This document shows positions 40,794-50,626 of a DNA stretch of 64,000 bases, piece by piece. The notes below the pieces were generated by a model. That model saw only the letters and a list, made by a program, of their open reading frames with translations, was not told where the DNA came from and searched no databases. The stretch is taken from contig CBDDBZ010000034.1 in assembly GCA_965225945.1 (NCBI GenBank), positions 224,001 to 288,000 of the forward strand, in the 5' to 3' direction. Source of the DNA: Alphaproteobacteria bacterium. Its GTDB lineage: Bacteria; Pseudomonadota; Alphaproteobacteria; GCA-2731375. Within the stretch, counting starts at the first letter, position 1. Each line of letters starts with the position of its first letter. The position numbers and the translations under genes were made by a program.

Positions 40794-41539
40794 CTTGCCT
40801 ATCCGGTTATCACCCACACCCACTATATGTAGTGTGCACCCATTTTCCTGAGTAAAGCTCGGTGCAGGTCGAAGCGGAGATATCTCCGGCGATGCCGAGC
40901 AGGGACTCGGACGGCATTGTAGCGGCTTTTAGGCGACACTTTAGCGTGGTGGAAATCCTAATCATTGAGTCGGATTTGGCAAAACGCCACGTTGCATAAA
41001 GGACCGTCACTTCATTGAAATTTATCTGAAATCGGAGGTGAACGACACCGATGGAATATTCCAGGAAATCAGAGCTTCATTGAATTGTAGGATTCGAGTG
41101 CCGGATTATTCACAAATAGCTCTGTGAACTGGTTTTCAAGTTCGCTCAATACGTCATATGAAGTAAACGGATTGAGGATCACGTTCTTGCGTGTCGCTTC
41201 GTCTTCGCTGCGACTCAAAACGCGCAGGAGACTAACAGGCGCGGACGGGTTCTTCGCAACGATTCGTGCCAGCGCGTCGCTTTCTTCGACTAGTGCCGTC
41301 AATCGCTCAGACGATGTCGTTTCATCAGCAGCTTCCCGTCTGGCCGTGGGTTTCTTCGTTTTTCCCTTGGTCGCCACCGTTCCGTCCCCCGATGTTAAGT
41401 ACGTGACGCTCCGGTTCGGTTTTCAGAACAATCAAGAATTAGCCGGATCGCCTCCTCAATGCGCCTGCGCCGGCCCTTGCCTGCAGTCCAAGGAGACACA
41501 CTACATATAGTGGGTGTGGGTGATAACCGGATAGGCAAG
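40794..41539. mobile_element. non-autonomous IS1595-family (ISSod11-like) cassette/MITE, 746 bp
   Basis: 43-bp perfect terminal IR CTTGCCTATCCGGTTATCACCCACACCCACTATATGTAGTGTG; 8-bp TSD GCCGAAAC. Confidence 0.85.
41069..41377 (-). CDS. small leucine-rich-variant/HEAT-like repeat protein (passenger)
   Basis: VAKNPSAPVSLL..L, VILNP.T...VL..L, FVNNPAL repeats. Confidence 0.6.
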   Translation of the reverse strand: MATKGKTKKPTARREAADETTSSERLTALVEESDALARIVAKNPSAPVSLLRVLSRSEDEATRKNVILNPFTSYDVLSELENQFTELFVNNPALESYNSMKL

Positions 41540-41837
41540 GCCGAAACTCCGTCACTCGTGGCGGGAGAATATGCCGTCTGGCGCGCTTGTGCATAACCCG
41601 TTGTTTTGAAGGGGGTTTTGTGACGTCACGTAGACCACCGTTTCTGTGAACCTACCGAGGCGGGAACATCTTGCCTCGGTCCGGTGAGGGGAGATGTCCG
41701 GAGCTGGTGAAAGCAGACGATCCATGGCCGCCAGCGTCGAGTCGTGGTATAGCTATAAGCGGAAATTTGGAACTGGTCCATCGTCTGTAGATTGCGAGAT
41801 GGTTTGTCGTTAAGGGTTCTCGGCAGGGAGGAGTTCA

Positions 41838-42647
41838 ATGTCAGACGCCAACCTATGGCATCTTAGTGGTAACGCCGCAGAGCAATACGAGAAGATTTCA
41901 GCTCGATATATTTTGGGACCATGGGCTCCCAGTCTTATCGAGGCGGCAGAAATTCAGCGCGATGAGAGAGTATTGGACATCGGTTGCGGGACAGGTGTGG
42001 TTACGCGTGCTGCGGCGAAAAAACTTGGTCCGGCAGGTCACGTTACGGGTCTAGATTTGAACAAAGGAATGCTAGAAGTCGCTAGATCATTGGGAGTTTC
42101 CGGCAGTGACAATATCTCCTGGGTACAGAACAGCGCGATTGAAATCGAGTTTCCCGACGACAGTTTTGATGTTGTCTTGTGCCAACAAGGTTTACAGTTT
42201 TTTCCAGATCAAAGGAAAGCTCTGCGAGAAACGTATCGCGTTCTACGAGGTGGCGGTCGGACGTACTTTAGCGTTTGGCGCGGAGCCAGTCCCTATAACG
42301 ATGCGTTGGGCGGTGCACTCTCGCAGCACATTGATCAGGATACGTCACAGAGATATTTAGCCTCTCGCGAAGTGCCCGATGCCAATGCGCTCCAGTCGAT
42401 GTTTAATGAAACAGGCTTTAGGCAAGTGAGCATCACGCCTATTGAAATGGAGGTGCGTTTGCCCGAGATCGACCAATTCATTCTGGCGCACCTCCGAGGA
42501 ATGCCTGTTTCTGGCGCGGTCGAAGCACTTTCTGAAGGTGCACAATCTGCATTCGTGGAGACAGTCGTTAGAGACCTTTCAAAATTTACGGACGGCTCTG
42601 ATGTGGTTGTGCCTGATAGTATAAATCTTGTGTCGGCAAGAAAGTAA
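41838..42647 (+). CDS. class I SAM-dependent methyltransferase (UbiE-like)
   Basis: VLDIGCGTG, GLDLN.GML, CQQGLQFFPD motifs; GGAGGAG RBS; visibly AT-richer than the backbone. Confidence 0.92.
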   Translation: MSDANLWHLSGNAAEQYEKISARYILGPWAPSLIEAAEIQRDERVLDIGCGTGVVTRAAAKKLGPAGHVTGLDLNKGMLEVARSLGVSGSDNISWVQNSAIEIEFPDDSFDVVLCQQGLQFFPDQRKALRETYRVLRGGGRTYFSVWRGASPYNDALGGALSQHIDQDTSQRYLASREVPDANALQSMFNETGFRQVSITPIEMEVRLPEIDQFILAHLRGMPVSGAVEALSEGAQSAFVETVVRDLSKFTDGSDVVVPDSINLVSARK

Positions 42648-42712
42648 AGGCTGGCTCGGAGCCAAGCTAACTTCCGGGGTAGGTCAAACCACGACGAACC
42701 ATGTGCAGACCA

Positions 42713-42949
42713 CCCATGACCGGAATCAGCCGGAAAGCCGAAACTCGGTCACTCTCTGATGGAGTATACCTCGCTCGGAACACCTGTGGATAACCAGTTG
42801 TTTCGAATGGGTTTTTGTCACGTCGCGTAGACCACCGTTTGTGAGCACCTACCGGAGCGGGAATATCTTCAGACACAGCAACGAGGGGGAATGTCCGTAG
42901 CTGGTGAAAGCAGACGAACCGAGCCCCGGGCGCCGAGTCGTGGTATAGC
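42713..42949 (+). repeat. ~237-bp diverged non-coding repeat, copy 2
   Basis: Colinear with copy 1; TGTGGATAA at 42785-42793; ends in TGGTATAGC. Confidence 0.88.
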
Positions 42950-43035
42950 CAACTCCAGACTCCGACAGGCCGGGTGTCGCGTCCGTCCAGGGACACTGTA
43001 GGATCATTCGGATCAACTGGACCAGGGAGGCGTTG

Positions 43036-43437
43036 ATGACGCAGCTTGAAGATTTCATCCTCGATTACGCGCGATCCTACGAGACCTACGATCCAGACAA
43101 GGTCGGCGCTTTTATCAACACTCCGTGCACCTTCTGCCTGGGCGACAACTTGGTGCTCCTCGATACGGAGGACCGGATCAAGGAGTTCATGCAAGCGGGA
43201 CTTGCAGCCTACAAAGCTAATGGTTGCGTATACTTCAAAGCACGTTTGCACGGCGAACGTCGGATCGGCTCCAGCTTTGCGATGATCGACGTCGAATGGT
43301 CACCGGAGAATGCCGACGGTGAGCGCACCATGCACTTCTCGACGTCCTACAATCTCGTGAAGCACGCCGGTTCCTGGAAGGTCGTGTTGATCACCCGACA
43401 CGACCCTCAGATCCTAACAGGCCCCGTCCCTCGCTAA
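43036..43437 (+). CDS. NTF2/SnoaL-like protein
   Basis: 133 aa, Y...Y...D N-terminus, YNLVKHAGSWKV C-terminus; GGGAGG RBS. Confidence 0.72.
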   Translation: MTQLEDFILDYARSYETYDPDKVGAFINTPCTFCLGDNLVLLDTEDRIKEFMQAGLAAYKANGCVYFKARLHGERRIGSSFAMIDVEWSPENADGERTMHFSTSYNLVKHAGSWKVVLITRHDPQILTGPVPR

Positions 43438-43447
43438 CATTGATGCT

Positions 43448-43826
43448 TCAGGGACCGAACTGAACCGGCGTGGCGCCGGCACTGGACGCATGGTAGCGTG
43501 GCAGCTCGTCAGCGACATCGAACCATCTCAGCTTCTCACTGTAGAACACATGACGGTCCGGCAAGACATTCTCCGGTCGGTCGAGCGTGCCAACATGAAA
43601 CTCGACGATGATCTTTCCGCCCCACTCGCCTTCGTAGGTCAGAGAAGTGCCACAGTCAGCGCAGAACGCTCGTCCGACGCCAGGCGATGATTCGTAGATC
43701 TTCCTTTCGCCCTCGGCGAAGCGGACCTGGTCTTTCTCGAACATTATGAACAGCACCGCCGGAGCACCGGAGGTACGTCTGCAGGATTCGCAGTGGCAAT
43801 AGGGCACATAAACCGGATCGCCCGTC
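43448..43826 (-). pseudogene. GFA (CENP-V) family protein lacking its N-terminus
   Basis: CHCESCRR, RAFCADCGT, GTLD, HVF motifs; no start or first CxC motif. Confidence 0.8.
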
Positions 43827-44215
43827 GCCGAATATGTCCTCGTCCTCGATGACGATATCGCCGAGGTTGACGCCGACGCGGTACTGGATGCGACGATCGT
43901 CCGGCACCTCGGCTTCGCGTTCCGCCATCGCCCGCTGGAGCGCCACGCCACATTCGACGGCGTCGACGACGCTGGCGAACTCCACCAGCATGCCGTCGCC
44001 CATGAGCTTGACGATGCGGCCATGGTGTTTCGCGATCATGGGGTCGATCAGCTCGGCCCGATGCGCCTTCTGCCGCGCGATGGTGCCGCGCTCGTCGGCC
44101 TCCATGAGCCGGGAATACCCGACCATGTCGGCGGCAAAGATCGCGGCAAGTCTGCGTTGTTCGCCCTGGTCTGCGTTGTTCGCCCTGGTCTGCGTTGTTC
44201 GCCCTGGTCGGCCAT
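43821..44215 (-). pseudogene. class III adenylate/guanylate cyclase, truncated and frameshifted
   Basis: RRLAAIFAADMVGYSRLM, KLMGDG, RVGVNLGD, DIFGDG, then an abrupt junction. Confidence 0.88.
44150..44209. repeat. 19-bp tandem repeat x3
   Basis: (GTCTGCGTTGTTCGCCCTG)x3 plus GTC. Confidence 0.93.
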
Positions 44216-44466
44216 GTTCCCCATCCGACGCCAAGCGGGCCGAGCCTAGCAGAGACAGCAAGTCCAATCCATCAAGGCGCCGAGACATGCCGAGCCATGG
44301 AAAGGGGACGCGGAGACCTATCGACGACGGTCGTGAACCGGGCGAGGGCCGACCTGGCCGTTCCGGCGCCGACCATCATGCTCCGCCGGCCCAGAGAGCG
44401 CCGGCCTTTGCGCCCCGGCCGGGCTGGGGTACATCTGTCGCCGGGTCGCCACCACGGGAGCAGCGC

Positions 44467-45018
44467 ATGGCCAGGATCGAGATACTGACTCGCGAAGAGA
44501 TGACCGAGGAGCAGGGCCGGATCGCCGACGAGATCGCCACCGGGCCGCGCGGCCCCGTCCGGGGGCCGTTCCAGCCCTGGCTCCGCAGCCCGGCGCTCGC
44601 CGACCGGGCGCAGAAACTGGGCGCGTTCTGCCGCTTCGACACCTCCCTCGCACCCCGGCTCTCGGAACTCGCGATCCTGGTCACGGCGCGGCACTGGACG
44701 GCGCAGTACGAGTGGTACGCGCATGCCCCGATCGCCCTCGAGGCCGGCCTCGCCGAGGCGATCATCGAGGCGATCCGCACACGCCGGACGCCGGAATTCA
44801 GCCACCCCGACGAGGCGCTGGTCTATCGCTTCGCCAGCGAATTTTACGCCAGCCATCGGATCGACGAGGCGACCTACGCCGAGGCGGTGAAACGCTTCGG
44901 CGAACACGGCGTGGTCGAGCTGGTCGCCATCATGGGCTATTACGGCCTGGTGGCGATGACCTTGAACGTCTTCGAGCTGGACCTGCCCGAGGGCGTGTCG
45001 CCACCGCTGGAGCTTTGA
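44467..45018 (+). CDS. carboxymuconolactone decarboxylase (AhpD-like) family protein
   Basis: GPF..WLRSP, ELAIL..AR, YEW.AH, GYY motifs. Confidence 0.88.
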   Translation: MARIEILTREEMTEEQGRIADEIATGPRGPVRGPFQPWLRSPALADRAQKLGAFCRFDTSLAPRLSELAILVTARHWTAQYEWYAHAPIALEAGLAEAIIEAIRTRRTPEFSHPDEALVYRFASEFYASHRIDEATYAEAVKRFGEHGVVELVAIMGYYGLVAMTLNVFELDLPEGVSPPLEL

Positions 45019-45030
45019 GGCGGGATTGCC

Positions 45031-46257
45031 ATGAACGCCGAGGCCAGCTTCGTCGTGGTCGGCGCCGGCCAGGCCGGCGGGCGCGCCGTCGAGGCGATGC
45101 GAGGCGCCGGCTTCCAGGGCCGCATCCACCTCTTCGGCGACGAGGCGGAGCAACCCTACGAACGCCCGCCGTTATCGAAGAAGCTGCTGACCGGGGCCGC
45201 CGTTGACGCCTCGGCCCGAATTCTCGGGCCCGAATTCTACGCCGAGAAGGCGATAGAGCTGCGCCTGGGCGAGCCGGTCGCGACGATCGACGCCGAGGCC
45301 CGGGCGATCACCACCATGGCGGGCGAACGCCTCGGCTACGACAAGCTGCTGCTGACCACCGGTGCCCGGGTTCGCCTGGCGCCGTTCGCGGGCGCGGAGC
45401 TCGCGGGCGTGCACTACCTGAGGACGCTCGGCGATATGGTGGCGCTGCGGGCCGAGCTCGCCCGCGCGCGCCGGCTGGTCGTGGTGGGGGGCGGCTATCT
45501 GGGCCTGGAGATCGCGGCGAGCGCGCGGAGCCTCGGCCTCGAGGTCACCGTGGTCGAGCTGGAGGCGCATCTGGTGGCGCGCGGCGCGCCTCGCGAAGTG
45601 GGCGAATTCCTGGCCGGCCTGCACCGCGAGCACGGGGTCGACATACGCACCGCCACCCGGGTCGAGGCGCTCGACGGCGCCGAGGGGCGGGTGGCGGCGG
45701 TGGCGCTGGCCGACGGCGAACGCCTGGCCGCCGACGTCGTGGTCGTCGCCATCGGCATCTTGCCCAACGTCGAGCTGGCGGCGGCGGCCGGCGCCGAGGT
45801 GAATGACGGCATCGTCGTCGACGCTTCGGGGCGCACCAGCTTGCCCGAGGTTTACGCCGCCGGCGACGCGACGCGCCATCCCAACCCCTACTTCGGCGCC
45901 ACCGTCCGGCTCGAAAGCTGGCACAACGCCCAGGAACAGGCGAAGCACGCGGCCCGCGCGATGTGCGGCGAGGCTGTCGAATATGCGCTCGTGCCCTGGT
46001 TCTGGTCGGATCAGTTCGATCTCAACATGCAGCTCGCCGGCGACTTCACAAGAGCCGACGAGATCGTCCGTCGCGGCGAGGCGGCGGGTCCCCACGCGCT
46101 GTTCTATTTCCGCGCCGGCCGCCTGATCGGCGTCGCCGCCTTCAACCAGGGTCGCGACGTGGCCGTGGGCCAGCGCCTGATCGCGCGTGGCCTCGCCGTC
46201 ACGCCAGCCCAGGTGGCGGACCCGGCGAGGAAGCTCAACCGCTTGCTGAAAGGCTGA
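45031..46257 (+). CDS. FAD-dependent ferredoxin reductase (HcaD-like)
   Basis: GAGQAG, PYERPPLSK, GGGYLGLE, AAGD, RLESW.NA, PWFWSDQ motifs. Confidence 0.92.
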   Translation: MNAEASFVVVGAGQAGGRAVEAMRGAGFQGRIHLFGDEAEQPYERPPLSKKLLTGAAVDASARILGPEFYAEKAIELRLGEPVATIDAEARAITTMAGERLGYDKLLLTTGARVRLAPFAGAELAGVHYLRTLGDMVALRAELARARRLVVVGGGYLGLEIAASARSLGLEVTVVELEAHLVARGAPREVGEFLAGLHREHGVDIRTATRVEALDGAEGRVAAVALADGERLAADVVVVAIGILPNVELAAAAGAEVNDGIVVDASGRTSLPEVYAAGDATRHPNPYFGATVRLESWHNAQEQAKHAARAMCGEAVEYALVPWFWSDQFDLNMQLAGDFTRADEIVRRGEAAGPHALFYFRAGRLIGVAAFNQGRDVAVGQRLIARGLAVTPAQVADPARKLNRLLKG

Positions 46258-46554
46258 TACCACGCCTCCGTTTGGCCCGAGAAACACTCAGATACCTGGG
46301 CAATTACGTGACCTCTTGAAATAACGGAATGGATTTCTCGTCCACGGACGCTACGTTTCGTGCCTTGCCGGCTCGAGCCTGATTACACCGACACCGCCGT
46401 TCGACGGCTGCCTTGAATATTCGGAATTTTGCGCCGAATGTGCCAAGATAGCCCCGCGCGCGGCGTGCCAGAGTATCGCCACGACATTCACGATCGCCGC
46501 CGCGCAGGGCGACGAGGGGCGCCGCCGCCGCGCGGTGGAAGGGATGGGAATGGG

Positions 46555-48609
46555 ATGATCAGAATCGGCATCGATATCGGCGGCACCTTCACCGACTTCG
46601 CGGTCTGGCGCGATTCGGCGGAAGGCTACACCAACATCACGAGCTTCAAAGTGCCGTCCACGCCGCCGACCTTCGCCGACGCCGTACGGACCGGCCTGGA
46701 CGAGATCGTCGAAACCGCGAAAATCGCGCCCGACGAGGAAATCCTCCTGGTCCACGGCACGACCGTTTCCACCAACGCGGTGATCGAACGCTCGGGTCCG
46801 CCCATGGCGCTTTTCGTCACCAAGGGGTTCGGCGACCTGTTGAATATCCAGCGGCTTCGGCTCGACAAGCCGATCGACATGTTCAACCGCCGAACGACGC
46901 CGCTGGTGGCGCGTGAACATGTCTTCGAGATCGACGAGCGCCTGCTGTCCGACGGCGCGGTCGAGCGGGCGCTGCCGTCGGACGAGGTCGCCCGCGCCAC
47001 CGCCCAGGCCAGCGCGGCTGGGGCCGAGGCACTCGCCATCTGCTTTCTGCACAGCTACCGCAACCCGGCGCACGAGATCGCCGCGCGCGACGTCGTCGCG
47101 GCCCAGGGCAACGGCCTCGCCGTGACCCTCTCCAGCGAAATTTGGCCGCAGCAGAACGAATATGAACGCTGTGTCGTCGCGGTGCTCAACGGCTATGTGA
47201 AAAAGATAATCGCGGCCTATATCGGCGAGATCGAAACCTACTTGGCGAAAAAACTACCGGGTGCCCGGCTGTTCATCACCAAGTCGAACGGCGGCGTCAT
47301 GGCGTGCGAGGTTGCCTATCGTCACCCCGTGCACACGCTTCTTTCGGGGCCGGCGGCCGGCGTCCAGGCGGCGCAGTTCGTCGGCGACTTGCTGGAGATG
47401 CCGGATCTCCTGACCATGGACATGGGCGGCACGAGCACGGATATGTCGCTCATTCGCGGCGGGCAAGTTCAGGTATCGGCCCAAGCCGAAGTGGGCGGGT
47501 TTCCCTTGATGATGCCGGTGACCGCGATCGAAGCGATCGGCGCCGGCGGTGGCTCCATCGCCCGGATGGACGGTCCCGTGCTCAAAGTCGGCCCCCAAAG
47601 CGCTGGTGCCCGGCCAGGTCCGGCCTGTTACGGCCAAGGCGGCGGGGCGCCGACTTTGACGGATGCCTATCTTGTCTGCGGCTACATCAATCCGGACTAT
47701 TTCCTCGCCGGCCGGATGGTGCTGCGGCGCGATTTGGCCGAGCAAGCCATGGCGCCGATCGCGGAGTCGATGGGCGTCGATGTGGTGAGCGCGGCGGAAA
47801 GCTGCATTACCGTCGGCACCTCCAACATGCTGACCCGGGTGCTGCCCTTCCTCGCCCGGCTCGGCGTCAGTCCGCGCGAGCTGACGCTGGTGCTCTATGG
47901 CGGCGCCGGCGCGGTGCATGGCCCGCTGTTGGCGGAGGAAATCGGCATCGAGCGGGTCTTGGTGCCGCGCACGCCATCGGTGTTCTGCGCCTTCGGCGGG
48001 CTGGTGTCGGATTTGATGCATGACGCGGTTCGCACGGTACATGGGCTGGCGCTGGACGGCCCGCTGTTGCGCGACATCTTCGAAGAACTCGCGGGCGAGG
48101 CGCGGGCGTGGCTGACGGCTCAGGCGGACCCCCGCTGGCTATCGGGTACGGACGTCTACTCTTATGCGGAGATGCGTTATCTGGGGCAATCCTTCCAGGT
48201 CGATGTGACGCTTGACCCGGCGCTCGTCGCCCGCGCCGACATGGCCGCTATCGCCGACGCCTTTCACGCCGAGCATCTACAGCTTTACAATCATGCCGAT
48301 CCTGGAGCGCCGATCGAATTTCAGCAGCTTCGAATCAGAGTGGTAAGCCGTATGACCAAGCCCGAACCCGCGCCGCTCGAGGCCTCGAGCACCGGCGTCG
48401 AGGGTGCTTGGCTGGAAAATCGGCGCCTGCGGCTGCTGGGCGTCTGGCACGACGATGTGCCTGTCTACCGCCGCGATGCGCTGGGGCCCGGGCATCAAAT
48501 TGACGGGCCGGCCATCATCGAGCAAGGTGACGCGACGATACTGGTACCCGCGAGCTATTCGGCCGAGACCGGTAAATTCGGCGATCTCACGCTGTCGAGG
48601 GAGGGCTGA
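46555..48609 (+). CDS. hydantoinase/oxoprolinase subunit A
   Basis: DIGGTFTD, HGTT..TN, SGPAAG, DMGGTSTD, GAGGGS motifs. Confidence 0.94.
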   Translation: MIRIGIDIGGTFTDFAVWRDSAEGYTNITSFKVPSTPPTFADAVRTGLDEIVETAKIAPDEEILLVHGTTVSTNAVIERSGPPMALFVTKGFGDLLNIQRLRLDKPIDMFNRRTTPLVAREHVFEIDERLLSDGAVERALPSDEVARATAQASAAGAEALAICFLHSYRNPAHEIAARDVVAAQGNGLAVTLSSEIWPQQNEYERCVVAVLNGYVKKIIAAYIGEIETYLAKKLPGARLFITKSNGGVMACEVAYRHPVHTLLSGPAAGVQAAQFVGDLLEMPDLLTMDMGGTSTDMSLIRGGQVQVSAQAEVGGFPLMMPVTAIEAIGAGGGSIARMDGPVLKVGPQSAGARPGPACYGQGGGAPTLTDAYLVCGYINPDYFLAGRMVLRRDLAEQAMAPIAESMGVDVVSAAESCITVGTSNMLTRVLPFLARLGVSPRELTLVLYGGAGAVHGPLLAEEIGIERVLVPRTPSVFCAFGGLVSDLMHDAVRTVHGLALDGPLLRDIFEELAGEARAWLTAQADPRWLSGTDVYSYAEMRYLGQSFQVDVTLDPALVARADMAAIADAFHAEHLQLYNHADPGAPIEFQQLRIRVVSRMTKPEPAPLEASSTGVEGAWLENRRLRLLGVWHDDVPVYRRDALGPGHQIDGPAIIEQGDATILVPASYSAETGKFGDLTLSREG

Positions 48610-48610
48610 C

Positions 48611-50626
48611 ATGGACCCCGTTCGCACCGAAGTGATGACGAACCGCTTCGCGGCCATCGTCGAGGAGGCCTCGCAGATCGCCTACCGCACGGCCCATACC
48701 ACCTTCGTCAAGATGACACAGGACTACCAGGTGGCACTGGCGACGCCGGAGGGTGAATTTTTCGCCTATCCCTATATGTCCGGAGTGACAGCCTTCATCG
48801 GATTGTCGCTGAAGGGCGGCATCGAGGCGATCGGGTTGGAGAATTTCGCCCCGGGCGACGTCGTGATCTGCAACGACCCCTTCGGCAGCGACGGCATGTG
48901 CACCCATACGATGGATGTCCATCTGCTGCGGCCGATCTTTCACGATGGACGCATCATCGCCTTTGCCTGGGCCTTTATCCATTCATCCGATATTGGCGGC
49001 GCCGTGCCCGGCAGCATTTCACCGACCAGCTCCGATGTGTTCCAGGAAGGCATCCGCCTGCGCGCCGCCCACCTCTTCCGAGGCGATGAGCTGAACCAGG
49101 AGCTGCTCGACGTATTGTGGGACAATTGCCGCATCCCGGATCAAAACTGGGGCGACCTTCAGGCCATGATCGCCGCGCTCAAGACCATGGAACGACATCT
49201 GCACGAACTTTGCGACAAGCACGGCGTCGGCGAAGTCGAAGCCGGCATCCGCGATACGATGGACTATGCGGAGCTGAAGGTGCGGCGTGTCCTGGAGGCG
49301 ATTCCCGACGGCGAGTACCGCTTCTCCGACTACCTCGAAGGCGTCTGGGACCCGAGCGGCACGATATTCATCAATGCCCGGTTGGTCGTCGAGGGAGACG
49401 AAATCCTGCTCGATTTCACCGGCAGCGACCCGCAGATTCCAGCCGCGCTGAACTTCATTACCGGCGAGGGTCCCCACCCCTTCCTGGCTCTGGCGATAAT
49501 CAATTACGTTCTCACGATGTCGCCGGATATCCCGACCAATGGCGGCGTCGTGCGCCCCATGCGCACCATCGCGGCCCGGGGTTCGATCATGAATTGCAAC
49601 TTCCCGGCCGCGATGGGCAATCGTTGGGTCACGGTGATGCGGATTTACGACGCGGTGCTCGGTTGCCTCAATCAAGCCCTGGACGGCGGGCCGGTGACCG
49701 CCGGGGCGGGCCAGGGCGGCATCATGCTCTGCGCGTTCAAGGAGCCGGCGAGCGGACTCAGCCGTGCCGCCGTGGTGCAGCCGATGATCGGCGGCTCGGG
49801 CGCGCGCTGCAATGGCGATGGAGTCGATGGCGTGGATGGGCCGTTCGGATTCCTGCGATCGACCCCGACCGAGAGCGTCGAGGTCGAAACGCCTCTGATC
49901 GTGCGCCAGTTCCGCCTCATGGAAGACACGATCGCCGCCGGCTATCACCGCGGCGGCGCGGCCGTCGTCATCGATGTCGAGAATACCGATGTCGAGGTGA
50001 CCTTCACCGTGCGCGGGCTCGACCGCTATGTCTTGCGGCCCTGGGGCACGAAGGGAGGCCATCCAGGCACTTGTGGCAGTGCCTGGCTCAATCCGGACGG
50101 CCCCGGCGAAGAGAATATCGGCAAGATCAAGGTGATCACGCTCGGCCATCGCGACGTTCTGCGAATGATCACGCCAGCCGGCGGCGGCTATGGCGACCCG
50201 CTTGATCGCGAGCTGGATCGGATTTGGCGGGATGTTTGTTCCGGCCTGTTGTCGCGCGACAAGGCGGCGCGGGATTACGGAGTCGTCTTCGGCGGCGACG
50301 GCATCGACGCCGAGGCCACGGAGGCACGGCGAGGCGAGATGCGCGCCGAGCGAGCCGCCCCGGCGGCGTTCGAATTCGGCCCCGAACGCGAGGAACACGA
50401 CCGCGTCTGGCCCCCGGCCATTCGCGCCGAGCTCGCGCGCGCGGCGATGAAAATGCCGGCGTCCCTGCGCCATAATCTGCTGTCCGACATCCGCGCCCGG
50501 ATGAATGAAGCCGGCGAGACGGTGAGCGAGGCGAGCCTTGAGGCCGCCGTCGCCGATTGGATCGCACGTCACGGCGGCACGCGGGCGGGGTCCTTCGACA
50601 TGCCGGTCGACCAGGCGGCGGAGTGA
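48611..50626 (+). CDS. hydantoinase B/oxoprolinase
   Basis: NDP...THxxD, H..DIGG, FQEG, GGGGYGDP motifs. Confidence 0.94.
   Translation: MDPVRTEVMTNRFAAIVEEASQIAYRTAHTTFVKMTQDYQVALATPEGEFFAYPYMSGVTAFIGLSLKGGIEAIGLENFAPGDVVICNDPFGSDGMCTHTMDVHLLRPIFHDGRIIAFAWAFIHSSDIGGAVPGSISPTSSDVFQEGIRLRAAHLFRGDELNQELLDVLWDNCRIPDQNWGDLQAMIAALKTMERHLHELCDKHGVGEVEAGIRDTMDYAELKVRRVLEAIPDGEYRFSDYLEGVWDPSGTIFINARLVVEGDEILLDFTGSDPQIPAALNFITGEGPHPFLALAIINYVLTMSPDIPTNGGVVRPMRTIAARGSIMNCNFPAAMGNRWVTVMRIYDAVLGCLNQALDGGPVTAGAGQGGIMLCAFKEPASGLSRAAVVQPMIGGSGARCNGDGVDGVDGPFGFLRSTPTESVEVETPLIVRQFRLMEDTIAAGYHRGGAAVVIDVENTDVEVTFTVRGLDRYVLRPWGTKGGHPGTCGSAWLNPDGPGEENIGKIKVITLGHRDVLRMITPAGGGYGDPLDRELDRIWRDVCSGLLSRDKAARDYGVVFGGDGIDAEATEARRGEMRAERAAPAAFEFGPEREEHDRVWPPAIRAELARAAMKMPASLRHNLLSDIRARMNEAGETVSEASLEAAVADWIARHGGTRAGSFDMPVDQAAE

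Larger units (their letters stand above)
40763..41753 (+). repeat. ~237-bp diverged non-coding repeat, copy 1 (interrupted by the IS1595-type cassette)
   Basis: Shares with copy 2: CCCATGACCGGA, GAAAGCCGAAACTC, CGTAGACCACCGTTT, ATGTCCG.AGCTGGTGAAAGCAGACGA, CGAGTCGTGGTATAGC. Confidence 0.88.

Noticed and set aside
41626-43251. Minus-strand ORFs 41626-41838 and 42667-43251 sharing CFHQLRT...KRWST as a protein family
   Set aside because: The similarity reflects the DNA repeat; the ORFs differ in start and end, overlap real genes, and have no RBS or domain signal
44150-44209. Mini CRISPR array
   Set aside because: The 19-bp units are directly adjacent with no spacers, and no cas genes are present
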